Shown here: positions 50,219 to 64,000 of the stretch, piece by piece | Numbering within the stretch: position 1 is the stretch's first letter | Layout: each line of letters begins with the position of its first letter | NCBI GenBank assembly: GCA_012295275.1 | Contig: CM022665.1 | Location: forward strand, 26,164,001-26,228,000 | Direction: 5' to 3' | DNA length: 64,000 bases | Source: Chrysomallon squamiferum | Taxonomy: Eukaryota; Animalia; Mollusca | Translations under genes and position numbers: made by a program | The notes under the pieces: generated by a model | Told to the model about the DNA's origin: nothing | The model's database searches: none | What the model saw: the letters and a program-made list of their open reading frames with translations, nothing else

Positions 50219-51614
50219 GTTTAAAAGGTGGAAGAAACAATTGTTGTTATTACCATTTTCATTTTATTGCATAGCACTGTTCATTAGTCATCATTGTGTA
50301 TATTCATTAAATAATTACTTTGAGCAAGACCTTTAGTGCACCTTTCAACAACAACAAAAAGTATTATAATATAAAATCAGGTTTTTTTGAATCCTGAAGG
50401 TCTTCAATCTGCTTTTTATTTGTACTTACATTGCTACATTACCTGGATCTAGACAGTATCAGTCGTGTAAACTGCAGTTCTACTAAACTGGATAATTGAA
50501 AAAATTCGTTCAAATACTGTATTTTATTATCTCTGTATTGTTTTTTCTTCTTTATTAAAACCTGGAAATATTATTGCAAACATTTCACATTGAAAATATT
50601 TACTTTGCAAAATTTCTCGGGTTTTTGTTAAGACGAGTACATTTTGAATTGTCAGTTTGAAATAATAATCTGTTTTAAAATGAAAAATAAACTGATTTAT
50701 TTTAATTACAGTTTTGTGGTTTTATGTTAACATGTACCAAAAGAAACCTAGTGTTACTGCTGTGACATGAGTTAATGATAAATTTGAATAAAGTATGTTT
50801 GCTTAATCATTAATGTTTTAAAATTAGTACAACCTGGAAGAACTATATGGTGGTGGCTGTTCAAAGTAGCAGCTACAAAAAGAAAGCGGGGGGGACCCTG
50901 TGATATACTCATTTTATTTGTAGAGTTTGCTAATTTGATTTTGAAAATATTTGTGTGAATATGGTTACTTATTTTTTTATTTTTTATTATAAAAAGAAAA
51001 TTAGTTTGTACGGTTAGTTTCAGCAAATGATAATAGAGTGATAGTCTTGATTGGAATAGAATATGTTCCTTATTTCAGTGGTACGTCACCTGGTTAAGAT
51101 CTGTTTTTCTTCCAAGCTTAGTCTGCCAAATGTATGTTTGGGTTGTTTTGTCTTTGTTTTTCTAAATATACTTTTTATTAAAGCTTATAGTTATAACACA
51201 CCTTATTTTTATTTTTTTCAAAATTAATACTAATACTAACATACTGCCCTGAAAAGTAAACATCATCTCAAACTAACACTTAACAGCCATTCTGCAAACA
51301 CAAAGTTCAAAAAAATAATAAAGATAACTTGAACACATATAAGCTTATGATTATTTATATTAAAAATATTTACAACAGCAGATACTTTATAAAAGGTCAT
51401 TGCATGAATACATAATACTGAATGGTAAATGCTTGGTTTCTACACACACACAAAATGTACATCAGAATGGTGTTACCATTCACAATACTTGATGGCACCC
51501 TTAGATGGAGCACAATTCGATCAGAGAATTTCATGATTGTTTATTTGCTAAATTGTGTATTATGGTTTTCTTGAAGCAGCCATCACTGGGGTCCAAAGAA
51601 TTTGACAGATACTG

Positions 51615-54600
51615 TTAAATTCCAAAGTTGAGGTGCTGAGCTTTCAGGCGGTACCTTGATGCCACTAAAAAGTTTTAAAAAGTTTGATTAAAATTCATAC
51701 AAGATAATGGGTAAAACACTGAACAAAAATGTAATTTTTTTTAAATTGTATTAATTTATTTCCATTTTACCAGCATTTCCAGTTTTTAACGATAGTTGTC
51801 CAATTAATTTTCAGTGATTTGAAACAAAATAGAAATTTATTTTTAAAATTTTTCTTTCTTTACATTTATTTATGATTTGGCAAATGAGAAAACTTTACTT
51901 TTAACAGCTTAATAACATTTTTTCCAATAATGTGACCAAATTTATAAATTATACTTGACTGAATATAGTTGCTGACAAAATATCCATGGATACTGTATCT
52001 TGTTGGTTTACCATTTGCCATTTTAATTTTGCTACAGAAGACATTCAGTCAAGGAAAATTTTAACTGAGAGGATACTTTTTATCAGGATAAAGGTTCTTA
52101 CCTTGTACCACTTTGAATTAAAATTTAATCAAAATAATGTTGATCGATATATGTTTAATAATAAAACATTATCTAGATAACTGTTTGACATTAAAATGTC
52201 AGATAATGTTTTTCTATTAACTACCATCACCAAAGTGCATTGAAATTAAAATATTAGTGTGAAAACACAATATATTTGGTATATTTATTAAAATTGTGAA
52301 CTGGTATTGATTTACATGGTGAAGTTTCATGGCACCAGCCATACTCTGAATGATACACAAAGTGCTTTGGAAGTGTATATGAAGTTTTCAAACCTTCATC
52401 TAACTTAATTATACACTGAACAATACCTGAGATTTAAAAAAAAATAATAATAATAGTAATAAATAAATTTGAATGATTATATATGTTTACATGTATCTGG
52501 AAATAGTTGAGACCTTTTTTTATCATAAGTAACAAAATACTAACTGATGGTTAGGCAGATAATGTATACAGATTTAATAAATGTCATTTCCATAGATAAT
52601 ACATCTTAAAAATTCATTTTACTCATGATAAGAGTGAGAACTGTAAAAAGAAACAACTAGTAAAAGAAAACTTGTATGTAAATGAGAGAATACATTCAGA
52701 ATTAAAACTAGGTGAAGCCACAGAGAAAATGTCTGCTACTAATGAATTACAAACAGAAAATAATTTTCAGTAACTAGATAAGTGAAACTATGGTCAGTGA
52801 TCATTAGATTTTAATTTTTTAAAATTATTATTATTTTTTATTACTATTTATTATTATTATTATTATTATTATTTATCATTTCACTTTGAATTTTAGTCCT
52901 TGCTTTTTAATTATTTTTTTTTTATATAAAGAGAATATGTATATGTGTAGGTATAGATATATACTTATTTTTTTATTATTTACTCTTTATTTTGTTTTCA
53001 GAGATTTTTGGGGTTTTTTTTTTTTTTTTTTTTTGGTTTATATAGATATATTTTTGTGTGAAGAGTGAACATATCACCTGACTGTTAGTAAATGCCAGCC
53101 TTAGAGCTTCTGGCAGCAAGTGCTTCCCCTGCCACACCTAGCCAGCGACCCTTCGATCCAAAGCTGTGTTTCTTATAACCTAGCAGGTAGATGATAGTAA
53201 CTTAGCATTAAAAGAGAATGGAAATATTTTACAGAAAGCATATTGGATGACTGTAAACAGCAGACATTTACAATCTGAATTACATGGATGACCATCAAGT
53301 GAATTTAAAAAAACCCTAGTAACAGCTGCATTATTTTCAGTCGATATTCTTAAATTTTAGACCAGTCATTTAACTTCGGATTCATGTTTTGTAAATGACA
53401 TCTGAAAAAAAAAATATATTTTTTACTTTTATACTTTTATTTATTTTATTTTATTTTATTATTTTTATATATATATTTTTTGTTTTCATTATTTTTGTTA
53501 ATTACTGTTAGCAATATTTTAAATTTTTCTTTTTTCTTCATTATTATTTATTTGTTATTTTATTTTTTTATATCTGTGGTTGAAAGAAAAAATAAATTAC
53601 ATAGTTTTGTAAAACTGAATTTGTAACAGGCTAATGTTGGGAAGGTCATTTGGTAATTAGGGCAGTTGCTTTATTAATAATATTATTTTTGTATTATAAT
53701 CTCCTGTTGGTTGTGGAAATTAAAATTATCTGAAAATTGTTATTTGCAATAGTATAGGTAAAAAAAAAAAAAGGCACTAAAACTACAAGTCAAGTCTACT
53801 GGACTGGAAACAAAGGCACATTAAAGAAAATATTCTTAAATATATATTATATGGGATATTATATTCTGTGTGTATATATATATATATATATACATGGTAT
53901 TAAAGTTTTGGTTAAATATGAAAGATTTCTAAAAGCAAGAACAGTGTTAAGCTAAGCATTAGAAGGATTATCTATACTGGATTATATAGATGTTCAGGTT
54001 TCTCACAATCAATATCGTTGAGATCTTTTGCTCAAAAGGTAGCATCTTTCTCTTTCATATGCTGAAATAGATATCATATTTAAACCAAGCTAGGAACTTT
54101 TCAGTATTTTATTTTATATTGTGAACTTGTTAGAGACACTGCATATCATAATTAAAATAGCTAAGTGGATTTTTAAACAAAACAGAAAAATTAAATATTT
54201 TGTTGTTTCAACAGTGACAGATTCCTTGTTTTCCTTTGACATTCTTAAACTTTACTGAGAAATATAAACTCTGTTGTATTACAACATAAAATAAAGTTAG
54301 AGTATTTTAAAATTAACAAAAATGGCAAGATGAAGTTTTTGAAATGTTGCTTTGCAATACATTTGACATATTCCAAGAATTAAATCAAATGTGTAGCAAC
54401 TTTCATGTTAAATATTGCTTTAGTAAGTTAGCAAATGGCATAGACATTAACATTATTATTTAAAAAGTAATAAAAACAGCTGGATGAACAAAGGAATATC
54501 AAATATTTCTTCAAGAAAAGAAATATTAAAAGACAGGTTACCTCACAGATATTTATTTTTCTTAAAACATTACAAAAGGAAAAAAAAGAAAAAATTCTGT

Positions 54601-55955
54601 GCAAAACTCACTTTAAAATGACACTTGTGTTTCATACCGAACAGTGTTAATATTAGCAACAAATTTTGTTAGAACACTTACAGTCAATGGGCTTTGAATC
54701 TTTATACCAGTACTCAAAGCCTTGCTTAGCTCGCTCATTAAAACTGCTGCTTCTCTTGGGACGATTTGCTTGTCTGGCAAGACGTGGAGAGATAAACATG
54801 GACAGATCAGGAGGTTCCATCATTTCTTCTGGTGGGTAGAAATAATTTTCTTCTGTTTTCACAGTTCCTGAATTTATGAAAAAAAGGTAATTAATTTTTT
54901 TGCAATTTTGCATGGTCTTGTATCATGTTCCAATATCTACTATTTTATGGTGGATATGTAAGTTTTGGAATTGACAGTTAAACTGTTTAATCAAAGTCTG
55001 AAGTTAGTCCATCCTATTTCAGTACTCCAGAAATATGAGCTTCCCCACTTGTTAAGTCAGCATAAAACGTCTCTTACTACTTAAAGGTAAATGGTAGCAT
55101 CACATTTATTTTCATTTGTTATGCTGTTATTATATCTAGTAATAACAATTAAATTTTCTATTACCATCAATAAAAACAAGATGATTTCCTCCACTGTTGA
55201 TACAAGCTTTAATATGTCTCCAAGGACTTCCTAGACGACCAGAACGGTAACTAAAATTAAAGAAAACACTTTAAATTATTTTCATAAATTGTAATTATTC
55301 CAGAATAATTTACTTCTAATAATAAATTGCAGGAATGTAGTTGATTATCTAAAAGAATAATTATATAAGAATATAATATTAGTGTGTACATTTAAACACA
55401 TTAGTAAACATTTTACATTTCTGTAACATGTAAAGTAAAAATCAGAACCCAGCAATTGTTTTTCATCTTTCTAAATATTACTTCCTATGTGGTAAATATT
55501 TACATTGGTCGTCGTGGAGATGGTGGGTGTTGTTTCCACTGTCGGTAATAATACTGTCTGTTGACTGGATCCATGTGTCCAGTGTAAGGATTTTCACTAT
55601 CTACTTCCCTAACTCTACCTCGTTCTGTCTGAAAATACATAAAAAAAAACAATAAAAAAACAGCATAAAATCAATATCTTCTGTGTAATCTTTTCCTTTT
55701 GGTAAAAAGATACATCAGCTAATTCATTTTTGAAAAATAATATATTTTAAATAAATAGTAAATATAAATGAAACATTTTTTAAAATCTCAGCAAATTTAT
55801 TATATAGTTCTTGGCTATTTTTTTCTTTTTTTTTTTTTTTTTTTTTAAAAATTACTGCTAATCTTGCAAAAATAAATTGATCTTCAGATTAGGGTGAAAG
55901 TTTCAAAATTATAATAATATATCTTGTCTGTGGCAAATTTTTAAAATACAATTGA

Positions 55956-55989
<34 letters not shown>

Positions 55990-57926
55990 ATCATTATGTA
56001 ACATCATATAATCTGCATACCAAATTATTGCATGAATTTACTATTATTTTGAGAAATTTTGTTTATTTGTTTGTTTGTTTGTCTGTCCTTGTTGTATTTA
56101 TTTTAAAAACAAATTTTCACCTGTATTCCAACGTCAAACCCTGAGTTACGAGTCGAGGGACGAGATCGTCTGCGTACACTGGGCTGCATGAGATGATCGT
56201 CTGGAGCCAGATACGGCATTCTTTCATAAGGCATACTAAACAACAAACACAAACAAGTAATACAACCACACTTCAAAAATAACATATAAATTAATATGTT
56301 TTAAAAAGCAAAGCTTTCATATTATTTTTCTAAATTTGCAATTCCATTTTTTATAAAAACTGAGATTTAAAATTTTACACACACATAACACACACATGAG
56401 TCACTTATACGGATAGTGAGATAAATTATTTATTTTCAAACTATAGTAGTTTTTTTTTTATTAATAAATTCTTTTTATCTTTACTAAGCATGATTTAAGT
56501 AATAATGAATAATTATGAATATGATTTGAATAAAATAAATAATCATGCATACAAAATTAATAATTTTACTTCAGTAACAGCTTGTTGACTGTTTTGCTGG
56601 ATTAGCTAAAGCTCAAAGACCTTAACAATTGAAATGCATATGTTGAACTTTTTAACCTTGTCAACAACTGAAATGTGTTACATTAAACAGTGACATAAAT
56701 AAATATGCAGTTAATAATAATAAATGTCACCAGCAATATTCATACATCTGATACTGAATAATAGCGCAATGAAAATTTAAACAATTTATATATTGTGAGA
56801 AAGTATTATTTTAACATATTGATTCATTTAAAGTGTACCTGATAATATAAACAAATAGCTAAAATATATTTTATCACCTGCACCAACCTTTGCTAATAAT
56901 ATATTAACAGAATGAAGAGATGTATTACTGTTATATGTAGAGAAAAGTTAAATAAAATTAAATGAAATAAAAATTAAAAAACCACAAAACAGCAACTCAG
57001 AACTAACAAACAGACCAAGTAGTTAATTGCAGTTTCTTTTCTGCTGTCAACTACATTTTTCTAAACATTTCTGTGTCCAAAATAGTGTCAAGAAAAAAAC
57101 AGAAAGTGATTCTCATGAGCTATTTTACATATAAAATTTATTATCAGCAGAAATCAATGTCTAGATACACATATGTAAAATACATTCAGCCTGCATAGTC
57201 ATACCAATATATTTTAACTAACTTACATTGGTTCTGAATCCTTAACTCATAAAAAAACAAGTGAAACCTAACAAAAATGAACCATTCAGTTTTACATCTG
57301 TTTGTTTTATACTAGAAAGTTGAGACTGTTTCCTAAATAACAGTTTACAAGTGTAAACAACAGTTTAAGGATGGGTGATAGTCTAAGGGAACAGAAGAGT
57401 TCTTGTTATTTATTGGTACAATAAAAGTACTGAGGTAAAAGTAAATGTGTCTGGTTGGGAAATATTATTATAAACATCACAAGGGTTTAATATGTTTGTC
57501 AGTCAGGGAAGAGGGAAGTGAGCAAATGCTTTAAAAATGTGCAAAGAAATTGAAAATGAACATAAATATTGTGGTATTTTTGTGCTTAAATGTGCTTATA
57601 TTTCTCACATGTAAATTCTTTTTTATTTTTATAATCAAATAATTTTGAAAAATGTGAAATGTTATGTTGAGGTTTTTCATTCAACATATTAATAGTTATA
57701 AAATACATATTATTTTTAGCTGAAAGTCAAACAATATTATGGAAACAGTTGTACAACTAAACATACAAGCTAAATATTATGCTTTATCTTGTTTAGCTTT
57801 TTAACTTCAGATAACTAGAACATAAAGTAACAATTTATTTATTTTTAATGTTATCTAATAGTAAATATTTATATTTTGAAAATTTGCTGAATATAGATTT
57901 CTTTTAACATATTCTTTTCATTTTAC

Positions 57927-57957
<31 letters not shown>

Positions 57958-60378
57958 TGTTGTTATCCATGCAATAAATCAAAAATTCAAACAATGTTAC
58001 ATGTTTACAACTTGGCAACAAATCATAAAACTTTTTTTAATGGAATGAATAAAGGTGAGGGAAGGTACAACGATTGATGTTTATTTGTGCATGGGTCACA
58101 AACATGCAATAAACAGGACAGTGCAGACATTTTGAAGTGGGTTTTTTTTGTTTGTTTTTTTTGGCAGGCAGACAACACACTGTGTTTGCTTGTACTAATC
58201 AACATACTCTGGTTTTATGGCAGTTGGTATCTCAGGAAGAATGGTGGCACCCTCAGCTTTACTGAATAAATTATAAACAGAATGTAAAATAGCAGAGTAC
58301 TGCATATCAATGAGATATGTGAATAACAAAACAAAAACAGTTCTGCTGATTTCAGAAATAAAATATTACAGCTTTCTTATTCCATTGCTTAATGTATTAC
58401 TCATAAATGTAAAAGGATTGCAACAAAATTCGATTCTGTTTTACTTTTTTTTTAAATTCCTAATTTTATTTATTTATTTTATTACTTTTATTGGTTTGTT
58501 ACTGCTGTATTTATTTTTATTTTTTTATTTTTTTATAAATAAAGATATAAAATGTTAATACAGTCTGACATGACAGTAAATCTTTCCTATATAAATGACC
58601 TCAGTAAAATGTTTTTGGCTTAATGAAATTAACTTAATAATTTTGGTATTTGGTGAGAAAATGTAAAACAGTTCATCACATTCATAAATACTGATACCTG
58701 ACAATCATATTACAAAACATTTTAAAATATATTCTTAAATTGGTACTTGCAAGAATGCACTTAGATGTTAATATAGCTAAAAACAATTACAGGACAAACA
58801 CCATAGACCTACACCAGACCTGAATATATATTACAAAAGTACAAGTCTCTTTAATAACCAAGACAGTATGAAATTTTAATAAATATTTAGAAATAATAAT
58901 GCAAAAATTAATATATAAACAAAATTTCAGTGTTTTTTTTTTTACATAGAGCTATTATGATCATATTAAATTACATTGGAGTTCATAATTTTTAAGTGAA
59001 GTGGTAACAGGGATGGACCAATGAATTCATCTAAGAGGAACACCATTATAATGGTAGTATCAATATGAAGATTAAATTTCAAAAATAAAGAAGTGAATAA
59101 ATAAAATAAAATAACATAAAAAAATACACCACCAAAATATATGTACAATTATTGAATATATATATATATATATATATATTGAGAAAAGTCCCAGTCATCT
59201 CTGGTCGATGAAAATAAGAAAAAAAAAAAAAATACAATACTAGAAATAAATAAATAAAAATATGAATGCCATTAATATGCTTCCTGAATCTAATTATATA
59301 CATTCAAAAGAAATTTAAAAATGTTGTGACAAAGGTCAGCATTTAATGTAATCCTGAACTGCTAAATCACAGAGATTTTTGAAGTAGGTTACATGTATAA
59401 AGCTTTCCATTGAGTCTGTATTCATTTTCTGTTAATCATTCCTGCCAAATGTGTGCTTGTTGATATGAAAAGAATTCAAAAGAACTTAAGGTACCAATAC
59501 ATTCTGTATTACTGTGCACAGAATGAGACACTCAAAGTAGATATTGTTGTAATTTAAAAGAATAACAATGTCTGTTGTTAGAAACAAAATGTCCAACATC
59601 CATTTTTAAAATCTTTAATAACTAATACCAATTATTTACATTTTATTATAAATTATATTATTTTTATAATTTTTATTTTTTATTTTTTTATTTTTATTTT
59701 TTTATTTTTATTTTTTTTTATCAAAGATAAAAATTTAATTTGGTTTTATTTATTTATTTTTTTTTTTTTATTATTATTATTTTAATCTTTGTTGGGTTTT
59801 TGGGGATTTTTTTTTTTAATTCATTATTTCAATATTTGAAATTACAATCATATAAAACTAGATCGTGATTCTTTTTCTTTTTTTTCTTTTTTTCAAAAAG
59901 ATCACATACCATGTTTATGCAAATATCTACAGACATGACAGGGAATTTAAAAGAACAAAAAAAAAAAAAAAAAAAAAGAAACCTAAATATTTCAAAATGA
60001 AAAAAAAAATAAAATAAATAAAACACCTAAAATTAAGAATAAAATAAATATAAGTAAACATAAAATAATACTCTTAAACTATTTGTAAGTGAAATATTTT
60101 ATAGCTATTTTTGAAATCACAATTCATAAATACAGACATTATGTAACAAAAATAAAAGAAGTAATGTTCAGTGGAATTGTCCTGCCAGGATTAAGTTCAT
60201 TTGGCCTAAATAATATGCAGTACATATGACACTAAAGAGTTTCCTTGAAAAGAATAATATATTATAATTGATAAATTTATAATTTACCCTGTTAAATAAG
60301 AAACATGATATAATAAAATCTCTACACTTACTCTGCCAGGTAGTCATAAGATGTCCTTGCTCTTCGGAATCCTTCCAT
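51615..60378 (-). CDS. Uncharacterised ~200-aa Arg/Pro/Tyr-rich protein; 5 confident coding exons plus an ambiguous last exon
   Basis: Exons 60378-60332, 56235-56121, 55628-55504, 55250-55165 and 54867-54682 are phase-consistent GT-AG and give MEGFRRARTSYDYLADMPYERMPYLAPDDHLMQ...NRQYYYRQWKQHPPSPRRPIYRSGRLGSPWRHIKACINSGGNHLVFIDGTVKTEENYFYPP...FEYWYKDSKPID. Candidate phase-1 last exons are 54061-54009, 53401-53382, 53179-53085, 52426-52254 and 51664-51615. Confidence 0.75.
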
Positions 60379-61097
60379 TGCTGTTTTGTACAAAAATCAA
60401 TAGAAAATATCTTTAGATTGTGTCTGGTGTTGTATCTTTAGCATCAGTGTCTTCAGTATTCTTCAGATCAGTTAGCATTAATGTCACACCTGAAAAATGT
60501 TAATTTCCATAAATTTACAAGGTAAAATATTCAGGAATCTCTCTCAAGCTCTGTGTGTGTGTGTGTGTGTGTCACTCAGACTAACAAGTGGATGGGCATA
60601 TCAGAAGAAAAGTGTAAACAAAACTGAAAGAAATTAATGTATGTTAAACCAGGCTATGTACAACTAACTGAAGTTATAACATTTTTTTCTGGCTATACAC
60701 GGGTACATTAGGTTGGTAGAAAAAAAAAAAATTAAAAGGCTGTTTGCCAAACATGATAATATATTCAGCATTTAATTGCTAATGTTTTATTTAACATTAA
60801 CAATGTAAAAAAATCCTTTGAATTGTTCAGATAACATCTAACATAAAACTCCTCTACTCTTATGGTTGAGTGATTTTCATTTTCAAACTAAATCTATAAA
60901 AAAACATGAACTCAGTTGTAAGAAATATCTTGCAAGTATTAGTAAATAGACTGATAGATATAATAATGATAGAAATTATTATTAGCATTATTATTCAGCA
61001 ATACTTTTAGAAGTAATACAGATTTACATTTATTTGAATAAACAGTGACAAATTTTTATTTATTTATTTATTTATTTATTTTTTAAATCAGATTTCA

Positions 61098-61160
<63 letters not shown>

Positions 61161-62286
61161 AATAAATAAATAAATATATATGTGTATAAAGTAACAATAG
61201 CAGATGACACTAACCACGAAGTTTCTAATATAGATGTGTCTGCCTGACAGCCAGTCTCACTGCCATCAATATAAATACTGTTAATAATAACCACAAACCC
61301 TTATGTTGGGCAGATAACCCAGTCAGTTATATTAATTGAAGAGATAACATCTGTTTGAACAGTGGCTGTAAAATCACATATCTAATAGTAACAAAATCAG
61401 ATCTTTTGTGTTTGTTTAAACAAAATATATAATACCCACTGAATAAGTAATATTCATAATATAGACACCATGAAAATAAATTTATTGTAAGATCTCTCAT
61501 TACCAGCTTGAAACCTGATATAATTCTAAATAGTAATAACCAAAACATTCTTGGCATATAAATATGAAAATAATAAATAAGTAAATATGTGTATATATAT
61601 ATATATAAATATACACAAACACACACACACACACGCACACGCACACACACACATACACATAAACATACATACATACATATAAACATACACCCACATACTA
61701 ATTTTTAGAATTTAAAAAGTCAAACTATTAAAAGAAAACAAATGTATTACAAAAAAGTATCCAAAGCAGATAAATAGGAAACTGATAAGTCATTGAAAAA
61801 TAACATTATAAATTCTAATAATTAAAAAGTCAAAATAAAACTAAACAATATTTAAAAATCTAGAAAGAGACAAATTAAGAAAGGTTAATGTACTTACAGT
61901 CTGATAACTTTGTAACTACTTGACAAATATTAAGAGTATTTGAAAAATCCGGATAGGTGACTTTTTAATTATGAGAAAAATAATTTACCTTTAAGCCCGG
62001 ATCTACAACTGACTACAGACTGCTCTGACAAATATATGCAGAATGAAACTCTAACTGCATGTTACCTGTAATGGTAGACCAATGTCTTGTTGCTAGGCTG
62101 CGACAGGTAGGTGAAAGTTGATGGTTCACACCATGATTTCATCAAATGTTTATATGGTATTATCTAAGCTGCCTGTCACAGGTGACTTGTTCAATAAACG
62201 CAGGTAAATTGATCTTATCCGTGTAGGCCTGAGTTAACACAACTGTAGTAATCTGTACAAGGAAAGTGTGGTGGTCGTGACTTGTG

Positions 62287-62492
62287 ATATACACAGAGGC
62301 TCAGCGTGCGTGTTTGTGTGTGACAGTGTGTGAATGAGTGTGAGTGTGAGTGTGAGTGTGAGTATGTGAGTGAGTATATGTGTGTGTGAATGTGTGTGTC
62401 TGTGTGTCAATGTGTAATGTGTGTGTTTTTGTTTGAATGTTTTATCTATGTATATGTATTAGTATATACACAGAGGCTCAGCATATGTTGTA

Positions 62493-62534
<42 letters not shown>

Positions 62535-62610
62535 TGTGTGCGCGTGTGTGTGTGTATGTGTGTGTGTGTGTGTTTGAATATTTTAACTATGAATATGTAT
62601 GGGTATATAT
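62287..62610. repeat. Two-copy ~175-bp tandem duplication with an embedded (GT)n microsatellite
   Basis: ATATACACAGAGGCTCAGC occurs at ~62287 and ~62464. Each copy is followed by GT-rich repeats and GTTTGAAT(G/A)TTTTA(T/A)CTATG(T/A)ATATGTAT. Confidence 0.8.
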
Positions 62611-64000
62611 TGGTAAGTATAAATATTTATACCAGCAAATGCACCCATTAACAAACACATACACTAAGCTTAATTAACTATATATATTTAAACATAACTT
62701 TATTATTATGCTATTAATATTAATTATAATTTCCTTCCCATGCTATAACAGAATAATTTTAAGAAATTTAATAAAAAGTGTCATAGACATGTTCCATTAG
62801 ATTATAATTTGTTCCTACTCTAGATTTTAATAAAAAGAAAAATGACAGTGGCAGAAAATATTAATATATCTCTAGAAGTTTATTTGAAATGTCCTAACCC
62901 AGCTATATCACATGTTGAAACATGATTTACAAAATGAAACAGTATTTGCTTGTAACAACAACATTTGTGTTGTCTCTAAGCCTTCTTTAACACACATATA
63001 TAATATGCTTAATATATATATATAAATATATATATCTTCTCAGCTCTGTTTTTGCATATTAAACACATGTAACCCATGTAGTAAATTACAGCAGTATTAT
63101 CTCTTGTACATATTGAAATAAAGAAAAAAATCTCCATACTGTAAATGACCTGTTCAGACTGACTTTTTTGTAAGGGACAAGTCACCCATAAACTGATTAA
63201 TGTGTTTATAATGCAATGACTGTCGTTTGAACTCCAGGCAATTTTGGGCAGTGAGCCAACAAATACAAGGGCAGATCCAAAAATAATATTGCAGAAGAAA
63301 AAAAGAAACGAAGAAGATAATTTAAAAAAAAAAAAAGTTACTAAAAACTCCTATTTTTACTTTGAATTATATTTCAGTGAAAAAAAATATATATTCATTT
63401 TAAAGAATGGCTACTGCTAAAATAGAAAACAATTTCTTTAGCTCCCAAAATTATTTGTATAGCTGTATCAAAAGAGCCAGTTCGTTCCCTACTGATATAT
63501 TTCTAGACCCATTTAATGGGGGCTTTTTTTTTTCTCTCTCTCTCTCTCTCTCCAACACCTGTAGATACTGCAGTGTATTAAGAAAGATCTGATGTAGTGA
63601 TTGAATTGAAGTTCAAAATTCTGTGTTTACACATTTAAAGTTGAAGAGGAGATTACACAGACACAAGATTAACGTAGATTAACTTATTATAAAACATTTG
63701 AGACAGGCATATTTTTTACTGGTTAATGGTAAAATAAATAATTAATATTGATTTTTCATTTCAAACATTTTTTAAAATAATTTTTTATTTTATTTATTAC
63801 ATGTTCAGGAATTCAGAAATTGTTTTGGAACAATATATTTATAAATGTTTACTAAACATAAAGAGCTTATTTTTTGTTTTTGTTTTCAGTTAACCAATGT
63901 TTTGGACAAATACACATACACATGCAGACAAATATATATCCATACATACATACATATACACAAGCATACCCATACATGTATAAGTACATACACATACGCA

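Noticed and set aside
53980-54011. Three in-frame TGA codons after the 54061 exon, suggesting selenocysteine readthrough
   Set aside because: I see no recognisable SECIS or redox motif, TAA follows shortly, and this is expected by chance in AT-rich UTR.

Overview
AT-rich, microsatellite-rich animal genomic DNA with spliceosomal introns; the repeat content looks mollusc-like, which is an inference. I reconstructed eight protein-coding genes by hand. In order they are L2HGDH (-, stop just outside the window), an 18-exon classical calpain with an intact C/H/N triad (+), an intronless p24/TMED gene (+), a 2-exon uncharacterised gene with an X-box-like motif (-), ZFAND3 (+), FKBP2 ending in KDEL (-), SNRPD2 (+, head-to-head with FKBP2), and an uncharacterised multi-exon gene (-) with up to five candidate alternative last exons. 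The most unusual region is calpain intron 2, which splits the catalytic QGSLG^DCW motif. It starts with a ~48-bp tandem array whose unit junctions resemble 5' splice sites, holds a ~1-kb nested foldback element, and ends in a rare GAG acceptor followed by two in-frame YAG acceptors that would delete the catalytic Cys. The calpain gene also has adjacent GC-AG and U12-type introns. SNRPD2 intron 1 carries a mariner-type mini-element and a ~3.5-kb inverted-repeat-bounded mosaic of three apparently different transposase fragments. All family assignments come from motif recognition, not database searches.
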